From: a virus
Lineage: Duplodnaviria; Caudoviricetes
DNA length: 48,487 nucleotides
Virus record (IMG/VR): IMGVR_UViG_3300012862_000042
Span: 1 to 48,487 of that record
Reading direction: 5' to 3' (one strand)
In this document: piece by piece, positions 9,271 to 20,086 of the stretch
How positions within the stretch are numbered: position 1 is the stretch's first letter
How the letters are laid out: every line of letters starts with the position of its first letter
Notes under the pieces: generated by a model
What the model was told of the DNA's origin: nothing
Seen by the model: the letters and a program-made list of their open reading frames with translations, nothing else
The model's database searches: none
Program-made: the position numbers and the translations under genes

Positions 9271-9723
9271 TTACTTACTGAAATATAAATCTGCTTCCGC
9301 TTTCCTTCTCCTTACCAAACCCGTGAACACCTTACCTCCTGCCTTATTCCACTTCCCGAATTCTACGCGGATGGTAGGATCATTAGGGTTTACGTTCAGC
9401 TTACGCAATAGCGTTGACTTGCCAAGGTTTGACGCGCCCAGATTGAAGGTAAAGCTTACCAAAGCATCAAATTGGTTCTGCGTGATCGGCTTTTTCACCA
9501 AACGCAATACATCCCCCTCATAACCCTTCAATATCTCCTGCAGCATGCATGTAGCCTGATGTTCTGTCAATGGTCTGTCCTGCATCGTTACCTTACGTCT
9601 GTCCGGTAAGTAGTATGTAAACCCGTAACCAATGGTAGGAATACCAATAGGGTCTTTATATGGCTTTGGGTAGAATCCCTCAAAGCTCTTTATCAATGCC
9701 AATCCTTTCTCTCCTGTTTTCAT
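9271..9723 (-). CDS. endolysin, GH24 phage lysozyme
   Basis: FEGFYPKPYKDPIGIPTIGYG (E-x8-D-x5-T), QNQFDALVSFTFNLG, GLVRRRKAE. Confidence 0.95.
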   Translation of the reverse strand: MKTGEKGLALIKSFEGFYPKPYKDPIGIPTIGYGFTYYLPDRRKVTMQDRPLTEHQATCMLQEILKGYEGDVLRLVKKPITQNQFDALVSFTFNLGASNLGKSTLLRKLNVNPNDPTIRVEFGKWNKAGGKVFTGLVRRRKAEADLYFSK

Positions 9724-9729
9724 AATTTT

Positions 9730-10911
9730 CTATTTAAAAGCATTTGGGAATCCATATTTTGCTAAAATTGCATTCAAGGATACCGATGGTCTAAAATTAT
9801 ATTCATGATATCCCGTTGTGCCTCTCAATTGCACATCTACAAAGGCTTTCCCGTTATCCATCGGCTGCCAAGATTTTATAAATGTTGTTGTATTATCCCA
9901 TCCCTCAGGCATATCCTGTCCGTTCAAGACAATCCTTGTCCAATCTATTTTATTCGGAGAATACCATAACACATTTCCCGGATCACTGGCATTCCATACT
10001 GCCTGGTGAATTAGGCAATCACCATTTTTCCCGAAAACCCCACCTATACAATCGTTGATGGTGGTCAGCAATTGGGTGACGTTGGCAGTATTGTTTTCCT
10101 GCCCACGATTGTACCTGATCAATCCTCCATTTTCGGTATCCAAAACTCCATAGATGTAATTTTCATCATAATGGATGCCACAGGTCTTACGGAAATGCCC
10201 TGTTCCCAAGTCCGTCCATGTCCAAGTATTATTATTGGCATTATGCACACCCTTTATCCAATGGGAATTTATATTTCTATCTTCATCACCGGTATCCATA
10301 TAGATGGCTCCGGTAAATGGATCTTGTGTGGCCGAATGGATATGCCGTGCTGTAACGGTTGTTCCAGTATTCTGACAGATAGTCTCTCCAAGTGAGAATA
10401 TGGCCTTTAGCGTCCTGCCATTATCTTCCGAAAGCCATGCATAACTTTTACCAGGAGTCGTTAGAACATTCTGGTTTTCATTATTATTATAATTTGAGAA
10501 CAAAAGACAGTCAACCCCATTTATCACACATGGACGTTGCCCATTAAGTGGAGAGAAATTGTCATAATGTAGGCTTCTTGCCCAATTTGATCCATTTGCA
10601 TTTTTGTAGGCACTCTCACTCCAATCTATTCCATTGGCAGTATAAAATGCCTGTCTATGGCTTGCGACCAAGATATCTCCGTTATTGAAAACATGTACCA
10701 ACCTTAATTCATCAGGGATAACCTGTGTTGGTAGGGTTACTTCTTTTGGGAATGTTATTCCGCCATCACTGGAAATCTCCAGTTTATTAGAAATAGACCT
10801 AACCAATGTATTTCCTCTAGCAAAGAAATAGCTGACACTATAATCAATCGTAGGGTTGGGCACAAAACCTCCTGAACCTGTCCCCAACCTAATTCCATCA
10901 ATCCTTTTCAT
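9730..10911 (-). CDS. BNR/Asp-box beta-propeller (sialidase-like) tail-associated protein
   Basis: Asp-box motifs SSDGGITF and SEDNGRTL; located after tail fibre. Confidence 0.65.
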   Translation of the reverse strand: MKRIDGIRLGTGSGGFVPNPTIDYSVSYFFARGNTLVRSISNKLEISSDGGITFPKEVTLPTQVIPDELRLVHVFNNGDILVASHRQAFYTANGIDWSESAYKNANGSNWARSLHYDNFSPLNGQRPCVINGVDCLLFSNYNNNENQNVLTTPGKSYAWLSEDNGRTLKAIFSLGETICQNTGTTVTARHIHSATQDPFTGAIYMDTGDEDRNINSHWIKGVHNANNNTWTWTDLGTGHFRKTCGIHYDENYIYGVLDTENGGLIRYNRGQENNTANVTQLLTTINDCIGGVFGKNGDCLIHQAVWNASDPGNVLWYSPNKIDWTRIVLNGQDMPEGWDNTTTFIKSWQPMDNGKAFVDVQLRGTTGYHEYNFRPSVSLNAILAKYGFPNAFK

Positions 10912-10913
10912 GA

Positions 10914-12692
10914 TTAGATAATATTACCATTGGAATTATCCCATGCCTTGATCAGTGACCCAATCCATGTAGCACCTCCTCGAAAAGTATTCAGCGTAAC
11001 AAAATACGCCTTTCCCGTTTCTAGCAAAGGAGCTTCATTGTTTTGCCATAACATAACAGAACCGACGATAATTATGGAATTGACCTGAACAGAAGGAACG
11101 ATCAATAGGGTCATGGTATCAGAAGTATTGGTGTTTTCTGCCTTGATGGAAACTGTTGCATTTGCTGCTGCCAAATGGTAATTTTTTCCACTTGACAGAT
11201 CTACATTGAAAACTCCTGCCTGTGCTACAATCAATCTCGATGGATCAAAAATTGCATCTGAAAGACTTCTTTCGGGTTTGGTTGTATCTACATAGACCAA
11301 GCCTGATCCCAAACCGATATTTGTTGCCTTTTTATTACCTATAACCAATGAGAAACTTGAATATTTGGAAAGATTGATGTCAAAGCTTTCCAAAATATCA
11401 GTATCGTTGGCCTGGGTTGAAGCACCAATTGCCTCGTATAGTCCATCTGATTTTTTTCTGCCCAGGAATATGGTATTTATGTTTGCGCCCCCACCTGGCC
11501 TGATAGCTTTTAATTTCAGATAATTCCCCATCCCCAAAGTAGGAACATCCTTCCATAATATTGTTGAATATTCCGGTGCAGTTACCTGTACATGTGAATT
11601 ATCCAATTTTAAACTATATACACCCGAAGCTAGATATAAAGGAACTACACCGTTCAAAGAAATAGGATTGAAACCGATACGGGATTCTTTCAATGATTCA
11701 ATAGGCTCTACTTTTTTGTCTATATAATTCTTTACTGAATCCTCAGGATTTTCACTCTCCCCTGGATCAGCCACTTTTGACAAAATAACCAAAGGAACTA
11801 CACCTTTAAGCCTATTATAATTGATCGACAAATAATCGTATGCAGAAATATCCAAATTCAAATGGACCGGCACCTCCGCATCTGATGGCTGATCAAGTAC
11901 TGTTATCGAATTGTCTGCCTTGATCCCGATTATAGACTTTAATTCCGACAAGGCAGTCCTCAACCTTACGAAAGATATATCCAAGTAAGACCAATTTCTA
12001 ACATCAAGGTTATGGAAAGCACCATTATTTGGGTCAGTAGAAGTATAAACAGCATTAGCTACACTTATCAGAGTTCCATCTAGCTTTGAGCTGGAAACAT
12101 CAATAGATTCCATCTCCCCCTCTAAAAATGATTTTATTGCTTTTTCTATGCTTTGGCCTTTGCTATAACTCAAAGCACCACCTGCAATATCCAAATCACC
12201 TCCCCCGATAACCTCCCAATCAGTACCCCCTGCAACTTGTGAAGTGTTGACCTTTGCTCTGTAAATCTTTCTACCTACCGTTTTAACAGTTCCTTTTTGA
12301 AAAGATGTTGCTGTTGTAGGTGCTTCCTCAATCTTAGCGGAATTGTCGGGGAGTGGACCCATATCAACTAAACTCCAACTTGTTTGGTTCCATAAAAGAT
12401 ACCAATCATTTCCTGGGGTAGCTTCGCCAATGTTATAGAACCCTGCCGATGCCTTAGCTACGTATTCCCCTGGTTGAGATCTTGGAGATAATACCGTCGG
12501 GTTTGCTTGTGTACCTGAAGGGATCAGCCCCATGGCCACCTGAGCAATAGCCAATTTATCTTTGAATTCCTGAACCGTTACCGATTCAGGTTTAGTAGAG
12601 GCGTTTGTTTGAACCAATACCTTGGTAAATGCTGTAGAAGGAATACTTGGTTTTACAACATCCTTCCACTGTTTTGAAGGTCTATCTGCCAT
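10914..12692 (-). CDS. tail fibre / receptor-binding protein
   Basis: Position after tail-tip gene; beta-rich modular 592 aa. Confidence 0.6.
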   Translation of the reverse strand: MADRPSKQWKDVVKPSIPSTAFTKVLVQTNASTKPESVTVQEFKDKLAIAQVAMGLIPSGTQANPTVLSPRSQPGEYVAKASAGFYNIGEATPGNDWYLLWNQTSWSLVDMGPLPDNSAKIEEAPTTATSFQKGTVKTVGRKIYRAKVNTSQVAGGTDWEVIGGGDLDIAGGALSYSKGQSIEKAIKSFLEGEMESIDVSSSKLDGTLISVANAVYTSTDPNNGAFHNLDVRNWSYLDISFVRLRTALSELKSIIGIKADNSITVLDQPSDAEVPVHLNLDISAYDYLSINYNRLKGVVPLVILSKVADPGESENPEDSVKNYIDKKVEPIESLKESRIGFNPISLNGVVPLYLASGVYSLKLDNSHVQVTAPEYSTILWKDVPTLGMGNYLKLKAIRPGGGANINTIFLGRKKSDGLYEAIGASTQANDTDILESFDINLSKYSSFSLVIGNKKATNIGLGSGLVYVDTTKPERSLSDAIFDPSRLIVAQAGVFNVDLSSGKNYHLAAANATVSIKAENTNTSDTMTLLIVPSVQVNSIIIVGSVMLWQNNEAPLLETGKAYFVTLNTFRGGATWIGSLIKAWDNSNGNII

Positions 12693-12709
12693 ATCTAATT
12701 ATTTTTTTA

Positions 12710-15151
12710 TTATCCGATCAATCTTTGACCTATCAAGAGGCCATTCTTAAATGTAAACTCATAAACTGTGCTCCCATGGGAATATTGAAACGCACCCGTA
12801 ACTGTTGGTGAGCCTCCAACGGTGATATTCCCATTCAGTGTCACGCCCCCCGAAACAGACAACCCGTTCTCCACAAGCAGACCACCTCTTAGCGATACTC
12901 CACCACGCATGACCTCTAAGGCCTCATACCCATTGACCATATCGATTACCATCCCTTTGGTGAATGCATTCGATCCGCCGTCATTGGATGCTGTAATCTT
13001 CATGACCCCATCAGACCCCATCTTTCCAATTTCCAATGAAGCCCTTCTGCTGTTCAGCAATTGGTTGAAATAATGCCACTCAAAACCTGTGTACATCATC
13101 TTGATCCATTTCCATGACGGACTGGATAATGCAGATACCAATCCATCGGCATCAATTGAGAAATTCCCGATCTTACTGTCTCCGGTAACGCTTAGGTTTG
13201 TCGCTTCGATCTCCTGGGCAAAGAGTTTCACCACGTTGATCATATACGCTGTGATCATATCAGTTTCGATCTGTCCACCAGAAACAAGGGTAAAACCTTT
13301 GGTGGCACGGAAACTGCGTTCACCTTCGATCACGCTTGATAGGACCCCAAGGTTGAAGTGCCAATAACCAACTTCGGAATCTGTCTCGATCGGTGATTCG
13401 GAAAGAACCCATTCTCCGGTCAGGGTAGTACGTGAACATTTCGCAGAAAGGTAGTAAGCCTTATCCTCATCAAGTCCAGTCTGTGAAAATGCAGGAAGAT
13501 CCCATATATAACCCAACCCTACTATCTCGTAAGCCTTATGTATAAGTGTGGTAGCGGATAGGGTGAACCCATCAACTGCCATAGTGAAAGTAGGTGCAGG
13601 AACAAGGTCAAAAAGTTGGGACGGTGTACCAAAATAGGCAACCAAAGCCTCCATCATTGGCTGTTGTAGGTTTCCATCGGGATCGAATACCATTTCTCGG
13701 AATTCATTGATAGCAATGATATTCCTACGGTCTGCCTCCCATGAATTACGGGATATCTGTGAAATGATCTGACGAGTTTCCTTGATCCCCTTATCCAGCC
13801 TTGTTAGAACGGAATAGGAAACGTCATTGCCTACCTCACACTCATATTTCATTCCCTGTGCCAAATGGAATGGGAACAATGCAGGGTGCGTGATAGCGGT
13901 AACCCTCAACATCTCATCAATCCCCAATTGTTCATCTACTACATTGACCAAATCTCCCTCATTAGGATACACCGCCTTACGAACTGAATCGAGTACATCA
14001 ATATCAAGATCGTAAAGCACCCGTGGGATTTTATTGCTGTTCAGATATTCCATCGATTTTGCCTCCAGCTCGGTAACAGCAGCGTCTACATAGCTCGATG
14101 GCATCCGGATGCCGATAAAGGAATATTCATCACCGATCTCGGCACGGTAAAGCCCATAAGGAACTGTATCCCCGTTGCTTTCCGTGTTGGCTTCATAGAT
14201 TACCGTTTTACTGACGTGCTTGTAATCCAATATCTTGAACTCCTGCCCGTTCAATGCTCCTGAATGAAATACTATCTTTGCTTCCTGACCTTGGATGCGT
14301 TGTCCGTTGAGGTCAAAATCCAAAGAGGTGTCAGTGATCGAAAAACGTTTGTCTCCCATCTGCCCGATTCCCGTAACAGTTCCCACCCTTTTTGGGTAAA
14401 TTTCCTCGTCCCGGTAATATCCTTCACGAACGCCAACAGCATCGATGCTTGCCTGGTCTATCACGGGACCGGAAAGCATGAAGTTTGCAAATGGATATCC
14501 CTGCGGAAGGTTCTTGTCTCCTCCTATTCCGTAAACGGTGTTGACTATTCGTGTGCCATCAAGATTCTTTCTTGCGATGGAATAAAGCCCGTTGTCCTTA
14601 CCAACAGATAATTTGATTGCGGTCGCCTGCCCAACTGTTTTCTTTACATGGATGGATTTTCCTATGATCTGCCATTCGCAGCCTGCGCCCTCTGCGATCA
14701 TGTTCAGTGCATCCCAAAGGTTAGTGCAATCAAACTCAAGCGTGAAAACACCTGCATCCGATTCCAAATCCCCAAGTGCCCAACCCGAATCCTTTCCACT
14801 GAGCGATTCAAGGAACATAGCCATGAAGTCATCAAGAGAAGCGGTGTAGGGAAATATCACAGCGCCTTCATCATCAAGAATCCATCTGCCCAATCGGTGG
14901 CGCAATCCCTGAAAGGAAAATTCCATCCGGAAATCATAGCGGCTTACTTTGTTGACGTCGGGAATGGCATTAAGCTCCATTACCTCACCCTTGTATTCCA
15001 AATGGTCACCAACACGGAGATCAAGCTGCGCAGGAACACGGACTGAAAAGGCAAGGGAATGCTCTCCCTGCAAACGCTTGGTAAACCTACCGTCCTGCAG
15101 GTGGAGTTCTGTTGCCTCCGTTGTTCCCCTAAATACCAAAATCCTGTTCAT
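12710..15151 (-). CDS. tail tip / Tal-like host-specificity protein
   Basis: Follows Dit; VYGIGGDKNLP and EEIYPKRVGTV motifs typical of Bacteroidota phage tail proteins. Confidence 0.75.
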   Translation of the reverse strand: MNRILVFRGTTEATELHLQDGRFTKRLQGEHSLAFSVRVPAQLDLRVGDHLEYKGEVMELNAIPDVNKVSRYDFRMEFSFQGLRHRLGRWILDDEGAVIFPYTASLDDFMAMFLESLSGKDSGWALGDLESDAGVFTLEFDCTNLWDALNMIAEGAGCEWQIIGKSIHVKKTVGQATAIKLSVGKDNGLYSIARKNLDGTRIVNTVYGIGGDKNLPQGYPFANFMLSGPVIDQASIDAVGVREGYYRDEEIYPKRVGTVTGIGQMGDKRFSITDTSLDFDLNGQRIQGQEAKIVFHSGALNGQEFKILDYKHVSKTVIYEANTESNGDTVPYGLYRAEIGDEYSFIGIRMPSSYVDAAVTELEAKSMEYLNSNKIPRVLYDLDIDVLDSVRKAVYPNEGDLVNVVDEQLGIDEMLRVTAITHPALFPFHLAQGMKYECEVGNDVSYSVLTRLDKGIKETRQIISQISRNSWEADRRNIIAINEFREMVFDPDGNLQQPMMEALVAYFGTPSQLFDLVPAPTFTMAVDGFTLSATTLIHKAYEIVGLGYIWDLPAFSQTGLDEDKAYYLSAKCSRTTLTGEWVLSESPIETDSEVGYWHFNLGVLSSVIEGERSFRATKGFTLVSGGQIETDMITAYMINVVKLFAQEIEATNLSVTGDSKIGNFSIDADGLVSALSSPSWKWIKMMYTGFEWHYFNQLLNSRRASLEIGKMGSDGVMKITASNDGGSNAFTKGMVIDMVNGYEALEVMRGGVSLRGGLLVENGLSVSGGVTLNGNITVGGSPTVTGAFQYSHGSTVYEFTFKNGLLIGQRLIG

Positions 15152-15164
15152 TACCCAATTGCGT

Positions 15165-15674
15165 TTAAAAATTCCGTTGTTTTTCTGTTATCGTGATGTA
15201 TTCGTTGTTCTCTGTCAATATGTACGCTTGGTCATCCGCCAAATAGAATTCGGTATCGGTTGGAGTAAAGTTGTTCTCCAGCTCCAATGTGAATTCACAG
15301 TACAGCTTCCCTTTTGTAAATAATGGTGTCATATTCCGAAAGCTTGGACTGTCCAGGTATCGTAGATGGAATCCCCTTCCCAATGTTTGGCTGTAAAGAA
15401 TAAATCCCGCAGGGTTGCTGATCAATGAAAGTATTGCCGTTCTCTTGTCCTGCAGGTCGCCGATATTATCAGCAATCAGGTAACATCCTATACTGTACTT
15501 CAATGCCTCATAGAAGGTAGGGGTAGTGGAATCGTAGTCGTTTCCATGGTCATCTGCCCAATCATTAAAGAACCTTTCCTTTGGTTTGGGAAGTTTCAGA
15601 AGCTCCCCGAAAAGAGTGCCCCTTTTGAAGTACAGTCCCAATCCTTCGGTATTTGCGTTTTCTATATCGAACAT
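15165..15674 (-). CDS. distal tail protein (Dit-like)
   Basis: Directly after TMP; PKPKER...NDWADDHG motif; 169 aa. Confidence 0.7.
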   Translation of the reverse strand: MFDIENANTEGLGLYFKRGTLFGELLKLPKPKERFFNDWADDHGNDYDSTTPTFYEALKYSIGCYLIADNIGDLQDKRTAILSLISNPAGFILYSQTLGRGFHLRYLDSPSFRNMTPLFTKGKLYCEFTLELENNFTPTDTEFYLADDQAYILTENNEYITITEKQRNF

Positions 15675-18600
15675 TACATTACCCCCCTTGATCCTAAATT
15701 CCTATCTATGTTCTGAAGGTGACTTACTGCTTTGTCCAGCCTGTCAACCGTATTCGCCGTATTTATCTGAATAGCGTTCATTGCTGCAAGATTATCGTTG
15801 GCTATTGCTACTAAAGACCTTTGAACAACCAACTGTTGTTTATTGACATCATATGTGCTACGGAATAACCCAGTTAATTCGGACGCCTGCTCGGAAGTGA
15901 TACGGGTGATACCCTCTTCGGCTTTTACGCCTGAACCTGACGACGCCCCCAGATCAATCCCCAAATCCTTTTGGTACTGATCAAGCTTTGCTTGGCCTTC
16001 TTTTTGGAGATCATCCCATTTCTGCTGTAATACCTTTCGCTCATCATCGGTTAAACCATCCTTTGCGAGCCTATCATACATATCGTAGAACTCTTGCGTT
16101 GCCCCTTGGAGAAATTCACGGTTAAAGGTTGATTTGATATAATCTTCCATTACGCCCTGAAAACCTTTCCCCCAAGCGTCTCCTGATGATTCCCCATTGT
16201 TGAAGAACAGGTTTGAAATATTACCAAGGAGAGCTGAAAAAGATGTACCGGTGACCTCTTCCTTGAATTTGTTGGAGATTTCCTTGTACAGTTCCATGCT
16301 TTCTTTTAGCTGGTTGTACAGTTCGATGGTAGATGCGTCGGCAGTATTCGATTTAATCTGTATCTCCAATTGGGCAAGTGCATCGGAAGCGGCTTTAATA
16401 TCATCAGGGAGCTTATTGAAAGTTCCGTACTTACCATTTATTGCATCGTAATAGATACGCAAGGCATCAGTAAATTTCTTAGAACCAACATTGAACTGGT
16501 TTATGATGTCATTTCGGGAATAACCCAGGTTTATCTTAGTAAGGATATCATCCGTAAATCCATCCCCTGTCATCTTCAACTTACCTGAAAGCTGAGAATT
16601 AATAGATTTCCAATTGGCTTCAATCTCTTTTTGGGATTTAGCGTACTTATCAAGTCTTTCCGCCCCGTAAAGTTCGTTCAATAGGTCAACCTGCTGTTGG
16701 ATTGCCAAGGTTACTGCCTCGGTCATCTTCAACTGCCTATCACTTGCAGATTGCATCTGCTCAAAATACCTTTGGTTATCAGCTTCTTTTTTCCGGTTGA
16801 AGAAATTGCTCACAGAGCCGATCATTCCGAATGCAGCACCGAATATTGATAATGGACCAGAAATACCGGATAGCGTTCCGTTGTTAAGGAATTTACCAAG
16901 TAAACCTGTTAATTGGCTTGCCCCGGAAATCATGCCCCCAATAGCGTCAAACCCTTTATCAAGATTTTCAGCAAATTGGAATGAAGAATCTACCAAGCCG
17001 CCGAATACGTTCGCCATGTTGGCTATCTCCTGATAGTTCCCCAATCGGGCATCCTTAATACCTTTATCGAAGAAATCACCAAATATCTTTCTTAGCGCGG
17101 CTTTTTCGGATTCGGTTGCTTTTGACATACCATCAATAAGTTTGATAATTGTGTCTTTACCTGTCTGAAAAGCATTTGACAATAACGCTTGAGAGGATTT
17201 ATCAATATCCTGCATCACCTTTTCGAATTCTGGAGAAGATTCTATCAACGTTCGCAATTGATCATTCAGAGATCGTTCAAGTGCTGCTTTCTGTTCCTTG
17301 CTCGCATTATCGCCAAGCGCAGCGATTGCGTCGTTATGCTCCTTACGAATCTTGAATTCCTTTTGCGCAAATGTTTCAGCAAGTTTGAGAGCGTCTGCAT
17401 ATTTGGATAGCACTTTGGACCTTTCCTCTTTATCAAATGCATCCATAGACTCCTGAAGCGATTTTGCTCGCTCAATATTTGCCTGGGTAGTGGAATCCTT
17501 AATCAGATCATATTGCGCTTGCAGTTCTTTACGATAGTTTTTTGCTATTTCTGCCTGTGCGCCAAACATCCTGTCCGCAACCTCAGTACCGTTCTCCTCT
17601 ACATAGGCTGCATACTGGCTGTATATTTCCTTTTGCTCATTAAGACGTTTGATTAACGCAGTTGTGCCCCGCCTGGTTTTGGCTTCCGAAATCTCGAATT
17701 TCTCAGCCTGAGCAAGTTTGCCCAAATCCACTTTTCTTCCAGAGTTTTTCGGGTCACGGTAGAATTTATCAACCTCCTCGCGCATCTTTTGGTATTTATC
17801 GCGGATAGATGCAAGTTCTTCCTCATCACGGGATAACTGCTTACGAGTGGACTGTTCCGCTAGTGAGTCGATTTGAGCTTGTAGGGAACGTTGGCGTTCC
17901 ATTGCTTGGCGAGATTTCTCGGCAGCACGTTCAGCAGCTCTTTCAGCTTTATCATTATCGCTTTTACCCCCATCGGTTGGAGTAGTAGATTTACCTCCGG
18001 TCATTTTGCCGAAGTATATTCTGTTCATTTCGGCTAATTTATCCGAAAAGTGCTTTCTATCATGTGCATAACCTGCATTAGGCATTTCGTTATACCTCTT
18101 TACAACTTCATCAAGGGCAGTTTTTGTCTCATTGATAAGAGCAAGTTGTTCCTTAACAGATTTTTTATCAAAATCCCTTGGTACCGCCCTTTGTCCTGGG
18201 GTAAGGTCGCGATCCCTTATGAAATCCTCATGTACCTTTAATCCTCCAAATGCAATAGCTTTGAATTCAGCCCATGATTTGGAATTGACCATAAGGTTGA
18301 TCTCTTTGAACATACGGGCAAATCCATCACCCAAAACAGTAAAGAAAGATGTAGCTCTTTCACTCTGCCAAAGCAGATCGAATTCATTCTTTAATCTATT
18401 TACCGATGCTTGCATTCCTTCAATGCGCTCTGTTTTGTCGTTCCCAAAGGCAATATCAAGTTGGTCAGCAAATCTTGGAAGGAAGTCACTTGCGATTACT
18501 TCCCCTTTTTCAAGCATTTTGTTCAATTCCTGCTCTGTCACGCCCATTGCTTTCGCTGCCAAAGAGAATGCTCCAGGCAATCGTTCACCTAATTGCCCTC

Positions 18601-19624
18601 GCAATTCTTCCGCTTGAACCTTGCCTTTTGACATGATCTGCGAGAGTGCAAGGAAAGTACCCTGAACCTGATCATTGGAAAGCTTCATTTTTGCAGAAGC
18701 ATTTGCCACCGAATCGAATATCCTTCTGCTTTCCTCAGCAGTCATATTAGAGAACTTTGCAGCCCCTTGCCAAAGCTTGAATGATTCAGCAGATGAAATG
18801 AATTCCAAACCCAATCGGTCAGTTGTTTCCCTTAAGAAATTCAGGTTTCTATCGAATTCAGTAGCGGTACCTGAAGTAAATTTAAGCGCTTGGTTTATCG
18901 GCTCAATACGAAGGTTAGAAGTGAAAGACTGTCCAACAGCAGCAACCCCTGCAGCCACCAAGCCCAAACGCCCTGCAAATTGACTGAGTTGTGGTGCGAT
19001 CATACCAATAGCGTCAGAATAATTTCCAACGTTACGTTGATGTTGACCAACTGTAACATCAATTTTCTTTACAGTGCGATCAAGCTGGTTTGTTTGCGCG
19101 ACTAGCGAGCGAGAACTCGCTTCCAATTGTTTATAGGCAGCACTGTTCTTGTATCCCTGCCGCTCCATACGAGAAAGTTCGGCAAGTGCATCCTTACTTG
19201 CGTTACGTAGACGGTTTAATTCAGCAGTTAGCTTGTTGTATTCCCGGTTTTCAGATAGCGCCTTTTTTGTTTCTCTCGCTTGACGAGCTGCCTCTTTTTG
19301 AGCATCAGCAATCTTTTTCTGCGCAAGAGCATATTCCTGAGAGGTAATTCGCCCCTGAAGATACTGAGCCTGTAAATCCGATTGTGCTTTCTTTTGCGTG
19401 GTGAGCTCCTCACGATATTGACGCAAAGCATTTATTGAAGCCGTTTGTGCTTCTTTCAATCTTACTTGAGCAGCTCGAACCTCATCCACGCCAGCTGTTG
19501 CTTTTTTAGCATCGTCCGCCATTCCTCCAAGGGAAGATGACACACCAGTCCCTTTGAGAAGATCAGCAAGTTTCCTGCGAGCTTCTGCATCATCAACAAC
19601 AACTTTGTAACGTAGATCCGCCAT
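15674..19624 (-). CDS. tail tape measure protein
   Basis: About 1316 aa helical; RNVGNY and ALSQIMSKGKVQAEELRGQLGERLPG tape-measure domain; ATG 19624 preferred. Confidence 0.95.
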   Translation of the reverse strand: MADLRYKVVVDDAEARRKLADLLKGTGVSSSLGGMADDAKKATAGVDEVRAAQVRLKEAQTASINALRQYREELTTQKKAQSDLQAQYLQGRITSQEYALAQKKIADAQKEAARQARETKKALSENREYNKLTAELNRLRNASKDALAELSRMERQGYKNSAAYKQLEASSRSLVAQTNQLDRTVKKIDVTVGQHQRNVGNYSDAIGMIAPQLSQFAGRLGLVAAGVAAVGQSFTSNLRIEPINQALKFTSGTATEFDRNLNFLRETTDRLGLEFISSAESFKLWQGAAKFSNMTAEESRRIFDSVANASAKMKLSNDQVQGTFLALSQIMSKGKVQAEELRGQLGERLPGAFSLAAKAMGVTEQELNKMLEKGEVIASDFLPRFADQLDIAFGNDKTERIEGMQASVNRLKNEFDLLWQSERATSFFTVLGDGFARMFKEINLMVNSKSWAEFKAIAFGGLKVHEDFIRDRDLTPGQRAVPRDFDKKSVKEQLALINETKTALDEVVKRYNEMPNAGYAHDRKHFSDKLAEMNRIYFGKMTGGKSTTPTDGGKSDNDKAERAAERAAEKSRQAMERQRSLQAQIDSLAEQSTRKQLSRDEEELASIRDKYQKMREEVDKFYRDPKNSGRKVDLGKLAQAEKFEISEAKTRRGTTALIKRLNEQKEIYSQYAAYVEENGTEVADRMFGAQAEIAKNYRKELQAQYDLIKDSTTQANIERAKSLQESMDAFDKEERSKVLSKYADALKLAETFAQKEFKIRKEHNDAIAALGDNASKEQKAALERSLNDQLRTLIESSPEFEKVMQDIDKSSQALLSNAFQTGKDTIIKLIDGMSKATESEKAALRKIFGDFFDKGIKDARLGNYQEIANMANVFGGLVDSSFQFAENLDKGFDAIGGMISGASQLTGLLGKFLNNGTLSGISGPLSIFGAAFGMIGSVSNFFNRKKEADNQRYFEQMQSASDRQLKMTEAVTLAIQQQVDLLNELYGAERLDKYAKSQKEIEANWKSINSQLSGKLKMTGDGFTDDILTKINLGYSRNDIINQFNVGSKKFTDALRIYYDAINGKYGTFNKLPDDIKAASDALAQLEIQIKSNTADASTIELYNQLKESMELYKEISNKFKEEVTGTSFSALLGNISNLFFNNGESSGDAWGKGFQGVMEDYIKSTFNREFLQGATQEFYDMYDRLAKDGLTDDERKVLQQKWDDLQKEGQAKLDQYQKDLGIDLGASSGSGVKAEEGITRITSEQASELTGLFRSTYDVNKQQLVVQRSLVAIANDNLAAMNAIQINTANTVDRLDKAVSHLQNIDRNLGSRGVM

Positions 19625-19690
19625 GTTTCCAAAATTAGCAGATATGCAACAAAAGATAAATTGCAATAAATGAACGCTGTCGAATGTTCA
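19625..19690 (-). promoter_or_regulatory. putative late promoter with upstream palindromic operator
   Basis: -7 box TAATTTTG (19637-19630) in GTTGCATATnnGCTAATTTTGGAAAC; TGAAC-N10-GTTCA at 19671-19690. Confidence 0.65.
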
Positions 19691-19825
19691 CTTAAATGCA
19701 TGACGAAAAGCAGATAACTATTGGGTTTAGCTATCTGCTGACTTTGTCAAGTATATGTACCTCCTTGAGTTCGAAGGATTTTGGAATTTTTTCTTTATAT
19801 CTTATTTCACGATCTTATATGTTGT

Positions 19826-20086
19826 TTATTCGCCAAAAGACTCTAAATGATCAAACATATCCACAATTTCAGTTTCCTCGGCACCACCTTTCTTTCCTCC
19901 GCTCTCGTATGATGGGACGCAAAGACTGTAAAGCACTAATTTCTGAAAGGGTATTTCCCACAATAGCTCATGTTCGCTCCAACCTTTGGTTGCAATCGCC
20001 ATATTTATGATTCTTGCGAAGGGACTTCTTGATCCTGGAAAAGGTTTAGCTGTAGACTCTTGGCGAAACCCATAATGCCGAAAAAA
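19826..20086 (-). CDS. T portion of tail assembly chaperone GT via -1 frameshift
   Basis: In-phase slippery T TTT TTC at 20086-20080; -1 frame open to TAA 19826 (GSRSPFARIINMAIATKGWSEHELLWEIPFQKL...). Confidence 0.7.
   Translation of the reverse strand, partial: FFRHYGFRQESTAKPFPGSRSPFARIINMAIATKGWSEHELLWEIPFQKLVLYSLCVPSYESGGKKGGAEETEIVDMFDHLESFGE

Noticed and set aside
9730-15151. Diversity-generating retroelement targeting tail genes
   Set aside because: No reverse transcriptase gene and no TR/VR repeat pair seen
12822-19431. Many short overlapping ORFs within tail and TMP genes
   Set aside because: Shadow ORFs of long, well-supported minus-strand genes
19696-20010. 104-aa + strand ORF
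   Set aside because: Antisense to the GT frameshift frame
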